A stretch of 64,000 bases of DNA, taken from Bacteroides sp. Its GTDB lineage: Bacteria; Bacteroidota; Bacteroidia; Bacteroidales; Muribaculaceae. The notes below the pieces were generated by a model. It was not told the DNA's origin and made no database searches. It saw only the letters and a list, made by a program, of their open reading frames with translations. Location of the stretch: positions 70,294 through 134,293 of the forward strand of contig JAAVDJ010000005.1 in the NCBI GenBank assembly GCA_014801875.1. The letters are read 5' to 3'. The translations under genes were made by a program, and so were the position numbers. Each line of letters opens with the position of its first letter. The first letter of the stretch is position 1. Shown here one piece after another: positions 41,171-50,807 of the stretch.

Positions 41171-41275
41171 TTTTAAGGATTGTATAGGTTGTCATTAACA
41201 ATTTGCCAACTTTACATTATAGTATTAGAGGCATTTAGAAAGATTGACCGCGTTTCCACAGCGATTTTCTTGTGC

Positions 41276-41283
41276 CAAAGTTA
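41276..41283 (-). promoter_or_regulatory. -7 promoter element (TAACTTTG) for the gcv operon
   Basis: TAnnTTTG on the minus strand, about 105 nt upstream of gcvT. Confidence 0.55.
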
Positions 41284-41354
41284 ACATTTGCTATTTAATC
41301 CTACAAATTTTTTTGATAAAAAATTTTCTTTTTCTTATTTATAGATTTTTATTG

Positions 41355-41362
41355 TAACTTTG
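41355..41362 (+). promoter_or_regulatory. -7 promoter element (TAACTTTG) immediately before lolE
   Basis: TAnnTTTG ending 6 nt before ATG 41369. Confidence 0.6.
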
Positions 41363-41368
41363 CATATT

Positions 41369-42610
41369 ATGAATTATCCTCTTTTTATAGCACGACGTCT
41401 CTCATTATCCGGCTCCGGTAAAAGGAAAGCTCCGGCTGTAAGCGTGGCAATAACAGCAATAGCGCTTTCCATTGGTGTAATGCTGGCCTCGATTGCCATT
41501 GTTTTTGGTTTTAAGAAGGAAATACGCGATAAGGTGGTTGGGTTTAACGGACACATAACCCTCTATACCACTCCTACAGAGATGGAGGATGACAACATCC
41601 TCACCTTAACCCCCTCGCTAAAAAAACTTCTTAATGAAACTCCCTTTGTATCCGACTATTCTCTACAAGCTGCTATCCCGGCTATTCTTAAAACCAATAG
41701 TGAATTCAAAGGTGTTTATCTTAAGGGATTGAGTGGGGAGATTACTTCGAATTTCGTCGCACGTAATTTGGAGGAAGGGAAAGTGCCTGATTATTCAGAA
41801 GAGGATAATAAGAACAAAATTGTGCTCTCACGCTCAGCTGCGAGACAGCTTGGATTAAAAGTGGGTGATAAGATTGACACCTATTTCATTAGCGATGATG
41901 TAAGGGTAAGAAGGCTCGAGATTGCTGGAATCTTTAATTCTCACTTTGACCAATATGACGATGTAATTGTCTTCGGGGATTTATCATTGGTTCAACAGCT
42001 CGGAAAAATTAATAACGATCAAGGCACCTACCTTCAGATTAATACCGAGAATTTCGATGCACTGCCTGAAAATACTTTGAAATTACAACAAATATTAAAT
42101 CAGGCCTTGGCGGAAGGAGAAATATTCAAATTATATCGCACAGATAATGTGCTTAATCAAGGAGCAGGTTTTTTCAGCTGGTTAAGTCTGCTTGATACTA
42201 ATGTGACAGTCATCCTTTCTTTGATGATAATTGTGGGGTGTGTCACTTTGGTCTCGGGGATGTTGATTATCATAATAGAAAACAAGAGATTTATTGGTAT
42301 TATAAAAGCATTGGGAGCGACTACCAATAAGGTAAGACGTGTCTTTATCTACCTTTCAATGAAGATAGCTCTAATTGGAATGATAATTGGAAATGTCTTG
42401 ATGCTGACTCTTCTGTATCTTCAACAGAAATATCATTTTATCCCGCTTGACGCTGACTCATATTATATAGACTTTGTTCCGGTTGAGATAACCTTCCCTT
42501 CCGTCTTTATTTTAAATATCGGAGTCCTCATTATAATTTATTGTGTGTTGATTTTGCCGGCTGGTTTTGTATCAAAAATTTCTCCAACTGAAACAATGAA
42601 GACGGAATAG
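41369..42610 (+). CDS. lolE: LolC/E-family ABC permease (lipoprotein release)
   Basis: MNYPLFIARRL, MacB-type periplasmic domain, IGIIKALGAT and YYIDFVPV. Confidence 0.85.
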   Translation: MNYPLFIARRLSLSGSGKRKAPAVSVAITAIALSIGVMLASIAIVFGFKKEIRDKVVGFNGHITLYTTPTEMEDDNILTLTPSLKKLLNETPFVSDYSLQAAIPAILKTNSEFKGVYLKGLSGEITSNFVARNLEEGKVPDYSEEDNKNKIVLSRSAARQLGLKVGDKIDTYFISDDVRVRRLEIAGIFNSHFDQYDDVIVFGDLSLVQQLGKINNDQGTYLQINTENFDALPENTLKLQQILNQALAEGEIFKLYRTDNVLNQGAGFFSWLSLLDTNVTVILSLMIIVGCVTLVSGMLIIIIENKRFIGIIKALGATTNKVRRVFIYLSMKIALIGMIIGNVLMLTLLYLQQKYHFIPLDADSYYIDFVPVEITFPSVFILNIGVLIIIYCVLILPAGFVSKISPTETMKTE

Positions 42611-42636
42611 ATTCTATTCCGTCTTCATTGTTTCAG
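42588..42636. repeat. Perfect 23-bp inverted repeat overlapping the lolE stop; probable bidirectional terminator
   Basis: CTGAAACAATGAAGACGGAATAG-att-CTATTCCGTCTTCATTGTTTCAG. Confidence 0.9.
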
Positions 42637-42641
42637 GGAGG

Positions 42642-43238
42642 CTATTTTAAAATTAGATGATACATCTCATGACCTGCGAAAAGACGTGTTCCTTCCTTGA
42701 CGAACCCTATATCTTTATAAAGACGATACGCTTTATCATTGTCCATATCGCAAAGTAATCCCAATGGCTTTTGCGCTAAAGTTGCTTTTCTGCCGGCATC
42801 AATTATCAGTGCTCGTCCTACTCCTTTTCCTCTGAAATTTGGTTTCGTCATTAAAGTATCAAGATAAAATTCCTCTTCATCGGTCTCTCCCGGCAAATTT
42901 TCAATTTCCTGCTTACTCATACCCCAGCCGAGATGATTATTCGCTTCTTCGAAGAAAGCTTCCCTTAGTTTCTTAAGATTCGCACCGTCATAACTAATGC
43001 ACACCCCTATTGGCATACCGTCCGGCGTCTTTGCTATCCTGGTGTTTTTATAAGAATATTGAGTATCTTCCTTTTCAGCAAGGCGCCTGAATATCTCATG
43101 TACAGTTTCTTTGCCTTTGTCCCCCGCTAAATTCATCGTTATATCTTGTCCAATTGCCTCAAGAATAGCATCAGCTATCAATGACGATTCCTTTGGAGTC
43201 GCATCCTCTATTATTATATCTTCTATTATATCTTCCAT
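42642..43238 (-). CDS. GNAT family N-acetyltransferase
   Basis: FYLDTL..KPNFRGKGVGRALI acetyl-CoA motif and NDKAYRLYKDIGF; start taken at ATG 43238. Confidence 0.88.
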   Translation of the reverse strand: MEDIIEDIIIEDATPKESSLIADAILEAIGQDITMNLAGDKGKETVHEIFRRLAEKEDTQYSYKNTRIAKTPDGMPIGVCISYDGANLKKLREAFFEEANNHLGWGMSKQEIENLPGETDEEEFYLDTLMTKPNFRGKGVGRALIIDAGRKATLAQKPLGLLCDMDNDKAYRLYKDIGFVKEGTRLFAGHEMYHLILK

Positions 43239-43343
43239 ATTTTCTATAATTGACAATTATGTCTATTTTTGTACTATGAATGATGATTTATTCACAACCA
43301 CCATTTATTAAACCTCACGGCATATTGGATTGTTTTATATATG

Positions 43344-43359
43344 TGGCACAGATTTTGCT
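43344..43359 (+). promoter_or_regulatory. Sigma-54 (RpoN) -24/-12 promoter upstream of htpG
   Basis: TGGCAC-AGATT-TTGCT with exact GG-N10-GC spacing, about 57 nt before the htpG ATG. Confidence 0.75.
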
Positions 43360-43416
43360 ACATTATTCTAAAAAGCTCATTATTTTCTATTCAAAGTATA
43401 TAACCATTTTTAAGTT

Positions 43417-45453
43417 ATGGCTACAGGAAAAATTGGGGTAACTACTGAAAATATTTTCCCCGTTATTAAGAAATTTCTCTATAGCGATCATGAGATTTTC
43501 CTAAGAGAACTTGTAAGCAACGCTATAGATGCAACGCAAAAATTGAAGACACTTTCCTCTTTCGGAGAATTTAAGGGAGAGCTTGGCGAAATGAATGTTA
43601 AGGTCTCCATCGATAAAGAGGCAGGGACTTTGACCATTTCCGACCATGGCATTGGTATGGATGCGGAAGACATTAATAAATATATCAATCAGATTGCCTT
43701 CTCAGGGGCGGAAGAATTTCTCCAGAAATACAAGGACACGGCTAATTCAATTATTGGTCATTTCGGATTGGGTTTCTATTCCGCTTTCATGGTCTCCAAA
43801 AAGGTAGTGATCAAGTCTCTCTCTTATAAGGAAGGCGCGAAAGCTGTTGAGTGGGTGTGCGATGGCTCTCCGGAATATGAAATGAGAGAGATTGAAAAGA
43901 ATGATAGGGGTACTGATGTTATTCTTTATATTGATGATGACAATAAGGAATTTCTTGAACAGCTTCGCATAGACACTCTTCTTAAGAAATATTGCCGCTT
44001 CTTGCCTGTCCCGGTTCTGTCCGGTAAAGAACAGGAATGGAAAGACGGTAAATATGTAGATACAGACAAAGATAAAGTAATCAATGCATCTGAACCTCTT
44101 TGGACAAAGAAACCGGCAGAGCTTACTGATAATGACTATCTCGAGTTTTATCATGAATTGATGCCCGGAATGGAAGATCCGATGTTTTGGATTCATTTGA
44201 ATGTGGATTATCCTTTCACTTTAACCGGTATCCTCTACTTCCCGAAAATTAGGACAAATTTCGATGTGCAGAAGAACCGTATACAGCTCTACTGTAATCA
44301 GGTTTATGTGACAGATCAAGTTGAAGGAGTTGTTCCTGAATTCATGACCCTTATGCAGGGAGTGATCGATTCTCCTGATATTCCTTTGAATGTCAGCAGA
44401 AGTTACCTCCAAGCCGATCAACAGGTTAAGAAGATTTCGGCATATATATCCAAGAAAGTTGCCGAAAAACTTGACAAAATGTTCAAGGAGGATAGAAAAG
44501 CATTTGAAGAGAAATGGGACGACATCAAGGTATTTATCGAATATGGTATGCTCACCGATGAAAAGTTCTATGAGTCTGCTAAGAAATTCTTCCTTCTCAA
44601 AGATGTCTCAGGCACCTACTATACTCTTCAAGAATACAAGACTCTTGTAGAAGCGGAGCAGACGGATAAAGATAACAATGTCATTTATCTTTATGCCACG
44701 GATAAATCGACCCAGTTCCCTTATATCAAGGCGGCAGAGGAGAAGGGGTACAATGTTCTGCTTATGGACGGACAACTCGATAATCATATCATAGGATTCC
44801 TTGAGCAGAAGCTCGAGAAAATAAGGTTCGTTAGAGTAGATGCTGACATACCTGACAGATTGATTGTCAAATCTGACTCTATGGATGCTGGTTTGACTCC
44901 ATTACAGACAGATGTGATGTCTACTGTGATACGGTCTCAGATTCCTCAAGTCGAAAAGGCACAGTTCATTGTAAGCTTTGCAGCCCTCAAACCGACCGAT
45001 GCCCCTGCGACAATCACTCAAAACGAGTTTATGCGTAGGATGAAGGAGATGTCCGAGCATCAGCCCGGCGGTGGTTTCTATGCTCAGATGCCTGACAGTT
45101 ATGAAATAATTGTCAATACGAAACAACCTATAGTTGAAAAGATTATTGAACTTGCGTCATCTTCTCTTCAAGATAGAGTGGCTCCTATAAGAGCAGAAAT
45201 TGAGACCCTAAACAATGAAATCTCGGCTGCTCAAAAAGAGGCAGAAGAAAAGAAGACTCCTGCCCCTGATCTTTCGGATAAGCAACATAAGGTTGCCGAC
45301 CTTCGTTCTGAAGAGGAGAAGATTGTTTCCGAATATGCAAAGGAACAGCCGAAAGTACGCCAGATTATTGATCTTGCTCTCTTGCAAAGTCACCTTTTAC
45401 ATGGTGAAAATCTCAATGATTTCATCAAGAGATCAATCGATATGCTTGACTGA
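43417..45453 (+). CDS. htpG: Hsp90 chaperone HtpG
   Basis: IFLRELVSNAIDA, IGHFGLGFYSAF and DSPDIPLNVSRSYLQ motifs. Confidence 0.98.
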   Translation: MATGKIGVTTENIFPVIKKFLYSDHEIFLRELVSNAIDATQKLKTLSSFGEFKGELGEMNVKVSIDKEAGTLTISDHGIGMDAEDINKYINQIAFSGAEEFLQKYKDTANSIIGHFGLGFYSAFMVSKKVVIKSLSYKEGAKAVEWVCDGSPEYEMREIEKNDRGTDVILYIDDDNKEFLEQLRIDTLLKKYCRFLPVPVLSGKEQEWKDGKYVDTDKDKVINASEPLWTKKPAELTDNDYLEFYHELMPGMEDPMFWIHLNVDYPFTLTGILYFPKIRTNFDVQKNRIQLYCNQVYVTDQVEGVVPEFMTLMQGVIDSPDIPLNVSRSYLQADQQVKKISAYISKKVAEKLDKMFKEDRKAFEEKWDDIKVFIEYGMLTDEKFYESAKKFFLLKDVSGTYYTLQEYKTLVEAEQTDKDNNVIYLYATDKSTQFPYIKAAEEKGYNVLLMDGQLDNHIIGFLEQKLEKIRFVRVDADIPDRLIVKSDSMDAGLTPLQTDVMSTVIRSQIPQVEKAQFIVSFAALKPTDAPATITQNEFMRRMKEMSEHQPGGGFYAQMPDSYEIIVNTKQPIVEKIIELASSSLQDRVAPIRAEIETLNNEISAAQKEAEEKKTPAPDLSDKQHKVADLRSEEEKIVSEYAKEQPKVRQIIDLALLQSHLLHGENLNDFIKRSIDMLD

Positions 45454-45479
45454 ACCAAATCAATTTAATTTTTTCTTAT

Positions 45480-45517
45480 AAAAAGAGGGCCTTCAATATT
45501 GAAGGTCCCCTTTTTTT
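45480..45517. terminator. Bidirectional terminator between htpG and fumarase
   Basis: Core palindrome CCTTCAATATTGAAGG with G/C flanks and A/T tails. Confidence 0.75.
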
Positions 45518-45555
45518 GTAATCTTGATTTTCTTTTCAATTATTCAGATTATGTA

Positions 45556-47208
45556 TTATTTGATCATGCATCCATCCTTTGGACAACGAGGTTTGAGTTG
45601 TTTGAAGAAGTCATTTCCCTTGTTGTCTACAAGAATAAATGCTGGGAAATCTTCTACTTCAATTTTCCAGATAGCCTCCATTCCAAGTTCAGGATACTCC
45701 AGCAGTTCTACATTCTTGATGGAATTCTTTGCCAGGATAGCTGCCGGACCGCCAATCGAGCCAAGATAGAAACCACCATGTTTCTGACAAGCATCTGTCA
45801 CCTGCTGGCTACGGTTACCCTTCGCAATCATCACCATAGAGCCACCTGCCGCCTGGAATTGATCTACATAAGAGTCCATACGTCCGGCTGTTGTCGGACC
45901 GAAAGATCCGGAGGGCATTCCTTCAGGTTTCTTGGCCGGACCGGCATAATAGATAGGATGATCTTTAAGATATTGTGGCATCGGTTCTCCTGCATCAAGA
46001 CGCTCTTTGATTTTGGCGTGAGCAATATCTCGACCTACAATAATTGTGCCTTTCAGAGACAGGCGTGTAGAGACCGGATATTTATTGAGATCAGCGAGAA
46101 TCTCCGCCATCGGACGGTTGAGGTCAATCTTTACAACTTCACCCTCACCCTGGTTTCTTAATTCCTCAGGTATGAGTTCGCCGGGGAATTCATCAAGCTT
46201 CTCAATCCAAAGGCCATCTTTATTGATTTTTGCCTTAACATTTCTGTCGGCCGAGCAGCTTACCCCCATACCTACCGGGCAAGATGCGCCATGGCGCGGG
46301 AGACGGATAACGCGGATATCATGAGCAAAATATTTACCTCCGAATTGTGCACCTAACCCGATTTCTTCGGCAGCTTTTTTAAGCTCAGCCTCGAGTTCGA
46401 TATCACGGAAAGCTTGTCCGTATTCATTCCCCTTTGTCGGTAGGTTGTCATAATATTTCACGGATGCCTTCTTAACAGTTGCAAGATTAAGTTCTGCTGA
46501 AGTGCCACCTATTACGAAGGCAATGTGATAAGGAGGACATGCCGCAGTGCCGAGTGATTTCATTTTTTCTATCAGGAAAGGCACAAGTGTTTTTTTATTG
46601 AGAATTGCTTTTGTCTCCTGATATAAATATGTTTTGTTGGCAGAACCTCCACCCTTGGCAACGAAGAGGAATTTATATTCTCCACCTTCTGTTGCATGAA
46701 TTTCTATTTGTGCCGGAAGGTTACATCCTGTATTCACTTCGTCGTACATGGTCAACGGAGCATTCTGAGAGTAACGAAGATTATTTTCAGTGTAGGTCTT
46801 ATAGACACCCAATGAAATTTTTTCTTCATCATCACACCCGGTCCATACCTGCTGGCCTTTGTAAGCGACGCAGATAGATGTGCCGGTATCCTGACAGAAA
46901 GGAAGCACTCCTTTGGCAGCGACTTCCGCATTTCGGAGCATTGTCAAAGCCACGAATTTATCGTTTTCTGAAGCCTCCGGATCCTTCAAAATCTTAGCCA
47001 CCATCTCATTATGCTCTCTTCTGAGCATAAAAGAGCAATCATGACTTGCTACATTGGCAATCACCGTCAAGGCTTCCGGATCAACCACAAGCATCTCGTG
47101 GCCATTCCAGTTTTCTGTCTTTACATAGTCTTTCGTAATGAGCTTATATTCCGTAGTATCTTCACCTATCGGAAACATCTCCTGGTAATGAAAAGGTTTT
47201 GTTGGCAT
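45556..47208 (-). CDS. fumB: Class I (Fe-S) fumarate hydratase
   Basis: [30 protein letters not shown] and GPTTAGRMD motifs. Confidence 0.95.
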   Translation of the reverse strand: MPTKPFHYQEMFPIGEDTTEYKLITKDYVKTENWNGHEMLVVDPEALTVIANVASHDCSFMLRREHNEMVAKILKDPEASENDKFVALTMLRNAEVAAKGVLPFCQDTGTSICVAYKGQQVWTGCDDEEKISLGVYKTYTENNLRYSQNAPLTMYDEVNTGCNLPAQIEIHATEGGEYKFLFVAKGGGSANKTYLYQETKAILNKKTLVPFLIEKMKSLGTAACPPYHIAFVIGGTSAELNLATVKKASVKYYDNLPTKGNEYGQAFRDIELEAELKKAAEEIGLGAQFGGKYFAHDIRVIRLPRHGASCPVGMGVSCSADRNVKAKINKDGLWIEKLDEFPGELIPEELRNQGEGEVVKIDLNRPMAEILADLNKYPVSTRLSLKGTIIVGRDIAHAKIKERLDAGEPMPQYLKDHPIYYAGPAKKPEGMPSGSFGPTTAGRMDSYVDQFQAAGGSMVMIAKGNRSQQVTDACQKHGGFYLGSIGGPAAILAKNSIKNVELLEYPELGMEAIWKIEVEDFPAFILVDNKGNDFFKQLKPRCPKDGCMIK

Positions 47209-47275
47209 TATTATTCAGTGTTAGAAATGTTATCTACGAATTGACTGAGCGGAATCTCAATCCTTTTATAATTTG

Positions 47276-47283
47276 CAAAAGTA
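47276..47283 (-). promoter_or_regulatory. -7 promoter element (TACTTTTG) for fumarase
   Basis: TAnnTTTG on the minus strand. Confidence 0.5.
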
Positions 47284-47389
47284 ATAAAAATTTCATTATA
47301 TAACTCATCACAACCCGCAAAAATTATTATTTTACTTAGGGGTTTGGAATCTTAACAATTTTTTGTTTTTTAAAGTAAGTTATTTTCTA

Positions 47390-47397
47390 TAATTTTG
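47390..47397 (+). promoter_or_regulatory. -7 promoter element (TAATTTTG) for the amidase-GT2-DUF4922-ampG operon
   Basis: TAnnTTTG about 65 nt upstream of the ATG. Confidence 0.5.
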
Positions 47398-47460
47398 TAG
47401 CTAATCCAAAATTTAAGTCCTTTAGATTTCTCTGAATATTGATAGGGATAATTATATGAT

Positions 47461-50400
47461 ATGATGAATCTTAAAAAAATTTCATACGTTGCATTGGCCG
47501 GATTGGCCCTAATTTCCTCCGCTTCTATCAATTCGATAGATGTTGAGGCAGCTGCTAAAAAAACAAAAGCTAAGACCTCAGTTTCGTCTAAAAAGAAGAA
47601 ACCAAAAGCCGGTGCCTCGACAACGAAAAAGAAAGCAACTTCTTCAAAGGTGAAGTCTACATCTAAAAAGAAGTCAACAGGTGTAAAATCAACATCAAAA
47701 AGAAAGAAAACGGCAAAGAATAGGAAAACAACTTCAATTACTCATAAACAATATACTCCTCCGGCAGATCCGATAAAGACCGATTCACTGACTATGCTCG
47801 TTAATAGAGAATTGGTTTCTTGGGTGCCCTCCTCTTTAAATCCTGGTGGTCTTCGGGTGAATAGTGTCACTCCCGATCGTCGAACAAGAACAGCGAAGGT
47901 TGCACTTAACGAGAATTTCACATATCTTCCGGTTTCGAAAGATCTCATTTCAGATATGAGGAAACATATCTCTTCTATTCTTCCGGATTCCATCAATGAT
48001 TATTATGTGGCATTGAATGTAAAAGATAAGAATTATTCTTTCTACATCACGACCATAGATAAACTTCCCGAGCACCAAAGAAAGAATAATCCCTTCGTAT
48101 ATCCGGCTGAGCCCTATACCACCCCCAAAAAAGGTATGGAGGGTGATATCGTGGCTTTGTGGCCCAGTCATGGTAGATATTATAAACCGGCGACCGGGAC
48201 TTGGCTCTGGCAGCGTCCTCAACTTTTTCAAGTGACAGAAGATACTCATACTATGAGTTTTATCCTTCCATATGTCGTGCCTATGCTGGAGAATGCCGGA
48301 GCATATGTCATGCTGCCACGAGAGCGGGATATTAATCACAACGAGGTTATTGTTGATAATGACACAAACGATGAAGGATTAGTTTATTCTCAACAATATT
48401 ATAAGGAGATGACCGGAAGTCGTGAGTGGACAACCGGTGACGAAGAAGGTTTTATTTACGATCTGCCTGATTTCCGTGATACAGAAAATCCATTCGAAAA
48501 CGGTACATATCGCCAGACAACAACCGTAACTTCCGGTAAGCCCTCTGTGGCTGCCTGGTATGCAGATATCCCGGAGGACGGAGAATATGCTGTTTATGTC
48601 AGCTATAAGACTCTTCCCAATTCAACAGAAGACGCCCATTACACAGTCAATTACTCCGGAGGTTCAAGAGAATTCAGAGTTAACCAAACAATGGGTGGTG
48701 GCACTTGGATTTATCTTGGTACTTTTCCCCTCGAAGCGGGTTATAGTGATACAGAGCCGGTGGTCACTTTGTCAAATCTTTCAAAATCTTCTGACAAAGT
48801 CCTGACAGCCGATGCAGTGAAAATTGGAGGTGGAATGGGAAACATAGCAAGAAGTCCGCGAAGAGCTGATGTTTTCTATGACCCTTCAACCCCGGATGCT
48901 GTGCAGTCAACTGATGATGACGAGACTGATGAGTTTATTGATGAAAATCCTGAAACTAATTCGGTTGTAACACAGACTCCCTCTGAACTTCCAAAAGGAG
49001 CTGCCCCAAATTTCAAGGTTTCAGGTTTACCTCGATATCTCGAAGGCGCCCGTTACTGGATGCAATGGGCTGGTATACCTGAATATGTTTATTCTCCATA
49101 CCATGGCTCTGATGACTATAAAGACGACTACACTGCAAGAGGACATTGGGTAAATTATCTTGCAGGTGGTTCAAGGGTTCTTCCTGACAAGGACGGGCTG
49201 AATATACCTGTAGACGTGGCCTTTGCCCTTCATTCTGACGCAGGTAAACGGGCTGATGATTCCTTTGTAGGCACTCTGGGTATTTATTACACAAATGGTG
49301 GCGATAGCTATGTTGATGGCACTCCCCGTTCCAATTCACGAACTCTGACAGATATGGTGATGAGGCAGATGGTCAATGATATCCGACAGACCTGGGAGCC
49401 AAATTGGACTCGTCGTTCTATGTGGGATAAGTCATACGTGGAAGCCCGCGTTCCTGAAGTTCCTACTACTCTTATTGAATTTATGAGCCATCAGAATTTT
49501 GCTGATATGTGGTATGCTCTGGATCCGGCTTTCAGATTCACCGTTAGTAGATCAATTTATAAGGCAATCGGTAGATTCGTTTCTGAAAGGAAAGACCGAA
49601 AGTTTGTGGTTCAACCTCTTCCGGTTAAGGATTTTTCAATAAAAAAATCTAAAGACAGATTATACAGATTGAGTTGGTCTCCATCTAAAGATAAACTTGA
49701 ACCTACTGCAGATCCCAACAAATATCTTATATTTGAAAGATCAGCAGACGAACTTGGTTTCCATCTCCTTGGCGAAACCACTTCTACCCATTTTGATGTT
49801 CAAGTGGATGATCACGAAATTCATTCTTTTAAGATTGTCGCTGCGAATGAAGGTGGCCTCTCTTTCCCCTCTGAAGTGCTCGCTTTGAGAGAAGGCAATT
49901 CAAATGAAAAACCTGTACTCATCGTCAACGGCTTTACGCGTGTAAGTGCTCCCGCTCATTTCAGTAAAGACGGTATGGCAGGATTCAGTTCCGATTCAGA
50001 TTTCGGTGTGCCCTACGTTAGAGATATTTCTTTTATCGGTTTTCAGACAGAATTTAATCGTAACGCGGGTGAGGCTTTTGGAAGAAGTAACGGAAATTAT
50101 GCTTCACAAGTAATTGCAGGGAATACTTTTGATTTCCCCTATATCCATGGACAATCAATTGCCGCTGCCGGAAAAGGATTTATTTCTGCAAGTGTTGGGG
50201 CCGTTGAAGCAGGAGATATCAATCTTTCGAATTACGATGTCGTTGATTTGATTCTGGGAAGACAGAAAATGACTGTGACCGGTAATGGTAATACAGGGAT
50301 TCGTCATGAAGCCTTCTCTAAAAGACTTCAAAACGAACTCAAATCTTTCGTTTCTCATGGAGGCGATCTTCTCGTCTCCGGGGAGTATATTGGTTCAGAC

Positions 50401-50787
50401 CTGATTGACCTCAGATCTCCTTCAGGAAGTGACTCCTTTGCTCATAACGTTCTTGGTGTTACGGTAGGAGATGGAGCAAAAACAGTAAGTGGAACTGTCA
50501 ATATCCGTAAGTCCTCAGGTCTGGGTTCTTCTGTCGGTTCAATTGACTATTCCAACACGTTGAACGATAAGAACTATATCGTCCAAGAGCCTGATATTCT
50601 TCTTCCTTATGATTCAGGCAAAAGCGAATCTTTCCTCTCTTTCTCAGACACAGGAAACAGTGCGGGTGTTCTTACTCGTAACGGGAAGAGTAATACAGCT
50701 GTGATGAGCATACCTTTCGAGTCTATTCAGGACAAAGCCTCTCGCGACAGACTTATGAAGGATATTCTCAATTTTCTTGAACAATAA
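47461..50787 (+). CDS. Large exported 'xanthan lyase'-annotated-type protein: split Amidase_3-like Zn domain, golvesin-like beta domain and FN3 domain
   Basis: Signal peptide; Lys-rich linker; candidate Zn ligands WPSHG..E, ALHSDA and LIEFMSHQN; beta insert with YAVYVSY...VNQTMGGGTWIYLGTF...ADAVKIG; FN3-like LSWSP...FKIVAANEGGLSFPSE. Confidence 0.7.
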   Translation: MMNLKKISYVALAGLALISSASINSIDVEAAAKKTKAKTSVSSKKKKPKAGASTTKKKATSSKVKSTSKKKSTGVKSTSKRKKTAKNRKTTSITHKQYTPPADPIKTDSLTMLVNRELVSWVPSSLNPGGLRVNSVTPDRRTRTAKVALNENFTYLPVSKDLISDMRKHISSILPDSINDYYVALNVKDKNYSFYITTIDKLPEHQRKNNPFVYPAEPYTTPKKGMEGDIVALWPSHGRYYKPATGTWLWQRPQLFQVTEDTHTMSFILPYVVPMLENAGAYVMLPRERDINHNEVIVDNDTNDEGLVYSQQYYKEMTGSREWTTGDEEGFIYDLPDFRDTENPFENGTYRQTTTVTSGKPSVAAWYADIPEDGEYAVYVSYKTLPNSTEDAHYTVNYSGGSREFRVNQTMGGGTWIYLGTFPLEAGYSDTEPVVTLSNLSKSSDKVLTADAVKIGGGMGNIARSPRRADVFYDPSTPDAVQSTDDDETDEFIDENPETNSVVTQTPSELPKGAAPNFKVSGLPRYLEGARYWMQWAGIPEYVYSPYHGSDDYKDDYTARGHWVNYLAGGSRVLPDKDGLNIPVDVAFALHSDAGKRADDSFVGTLGIYYTNGGDSYVDGTPRSNSRTLTDMVMRQMVNDIRQTWEPNWTRRSMWDKSYVEARVPEVPTTLIEFMSHQNFADMWYALDPAFRFTVSRSIYKAIGRFVSERKDRKFVVQPLPVKDFSIKKSKDRLYRLSWSPSKDKLEPTADPNKYLIFERSADELGFHLLGETTSTHFDVQVDDHEIHSFKIVAANEGGLSFPSEVLALREGNSNEKPVLIVNGFTRVSAPAHFSKDGMAGFSSDSDFGVPYVRDISFIGFQTEFNRNAGEAFGRSNGNYASQVIAGNTFDFPYIHGQSIAAAGKGFISASVGAVEAGDINLSNYDVVDLILGRQKMTVTGNGNTGIRHEAFSKRLQNELKSFVSHGGDLLVSGEYIGSDLIDLRSPSGSDSFAHNVLGVTVGDGAKTVSGTVNIRKSSGLGSSVGSIDYSNTLNDKNYIVQEPDILLPYDSGKSESFLSFSDTGNSAGVLTRNGKSNTAVMSIPFESIQDKASRDRLMKDILNFLEQ

Positions 50788-50807
50788 TCCACCATCTTAA
50801 ATTGACA

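Noticed and set aside
41171-41283. Possible glycine riboswitch or sigma-54 site upstream of gcvT
   Set aside because: No GGAGA/CCGAAG/CTCTCAGG aptamer core, and the minus-strand TGGCAC lacks a TTGC at the -12 position.
43212-43235. 12-bp tandem duplication (TATTATATCTTC x2) at the GNAT 5' end
   Set aside because: An in-frame two-copy slip giving EDII-EDII; too short to indicate phase variation.
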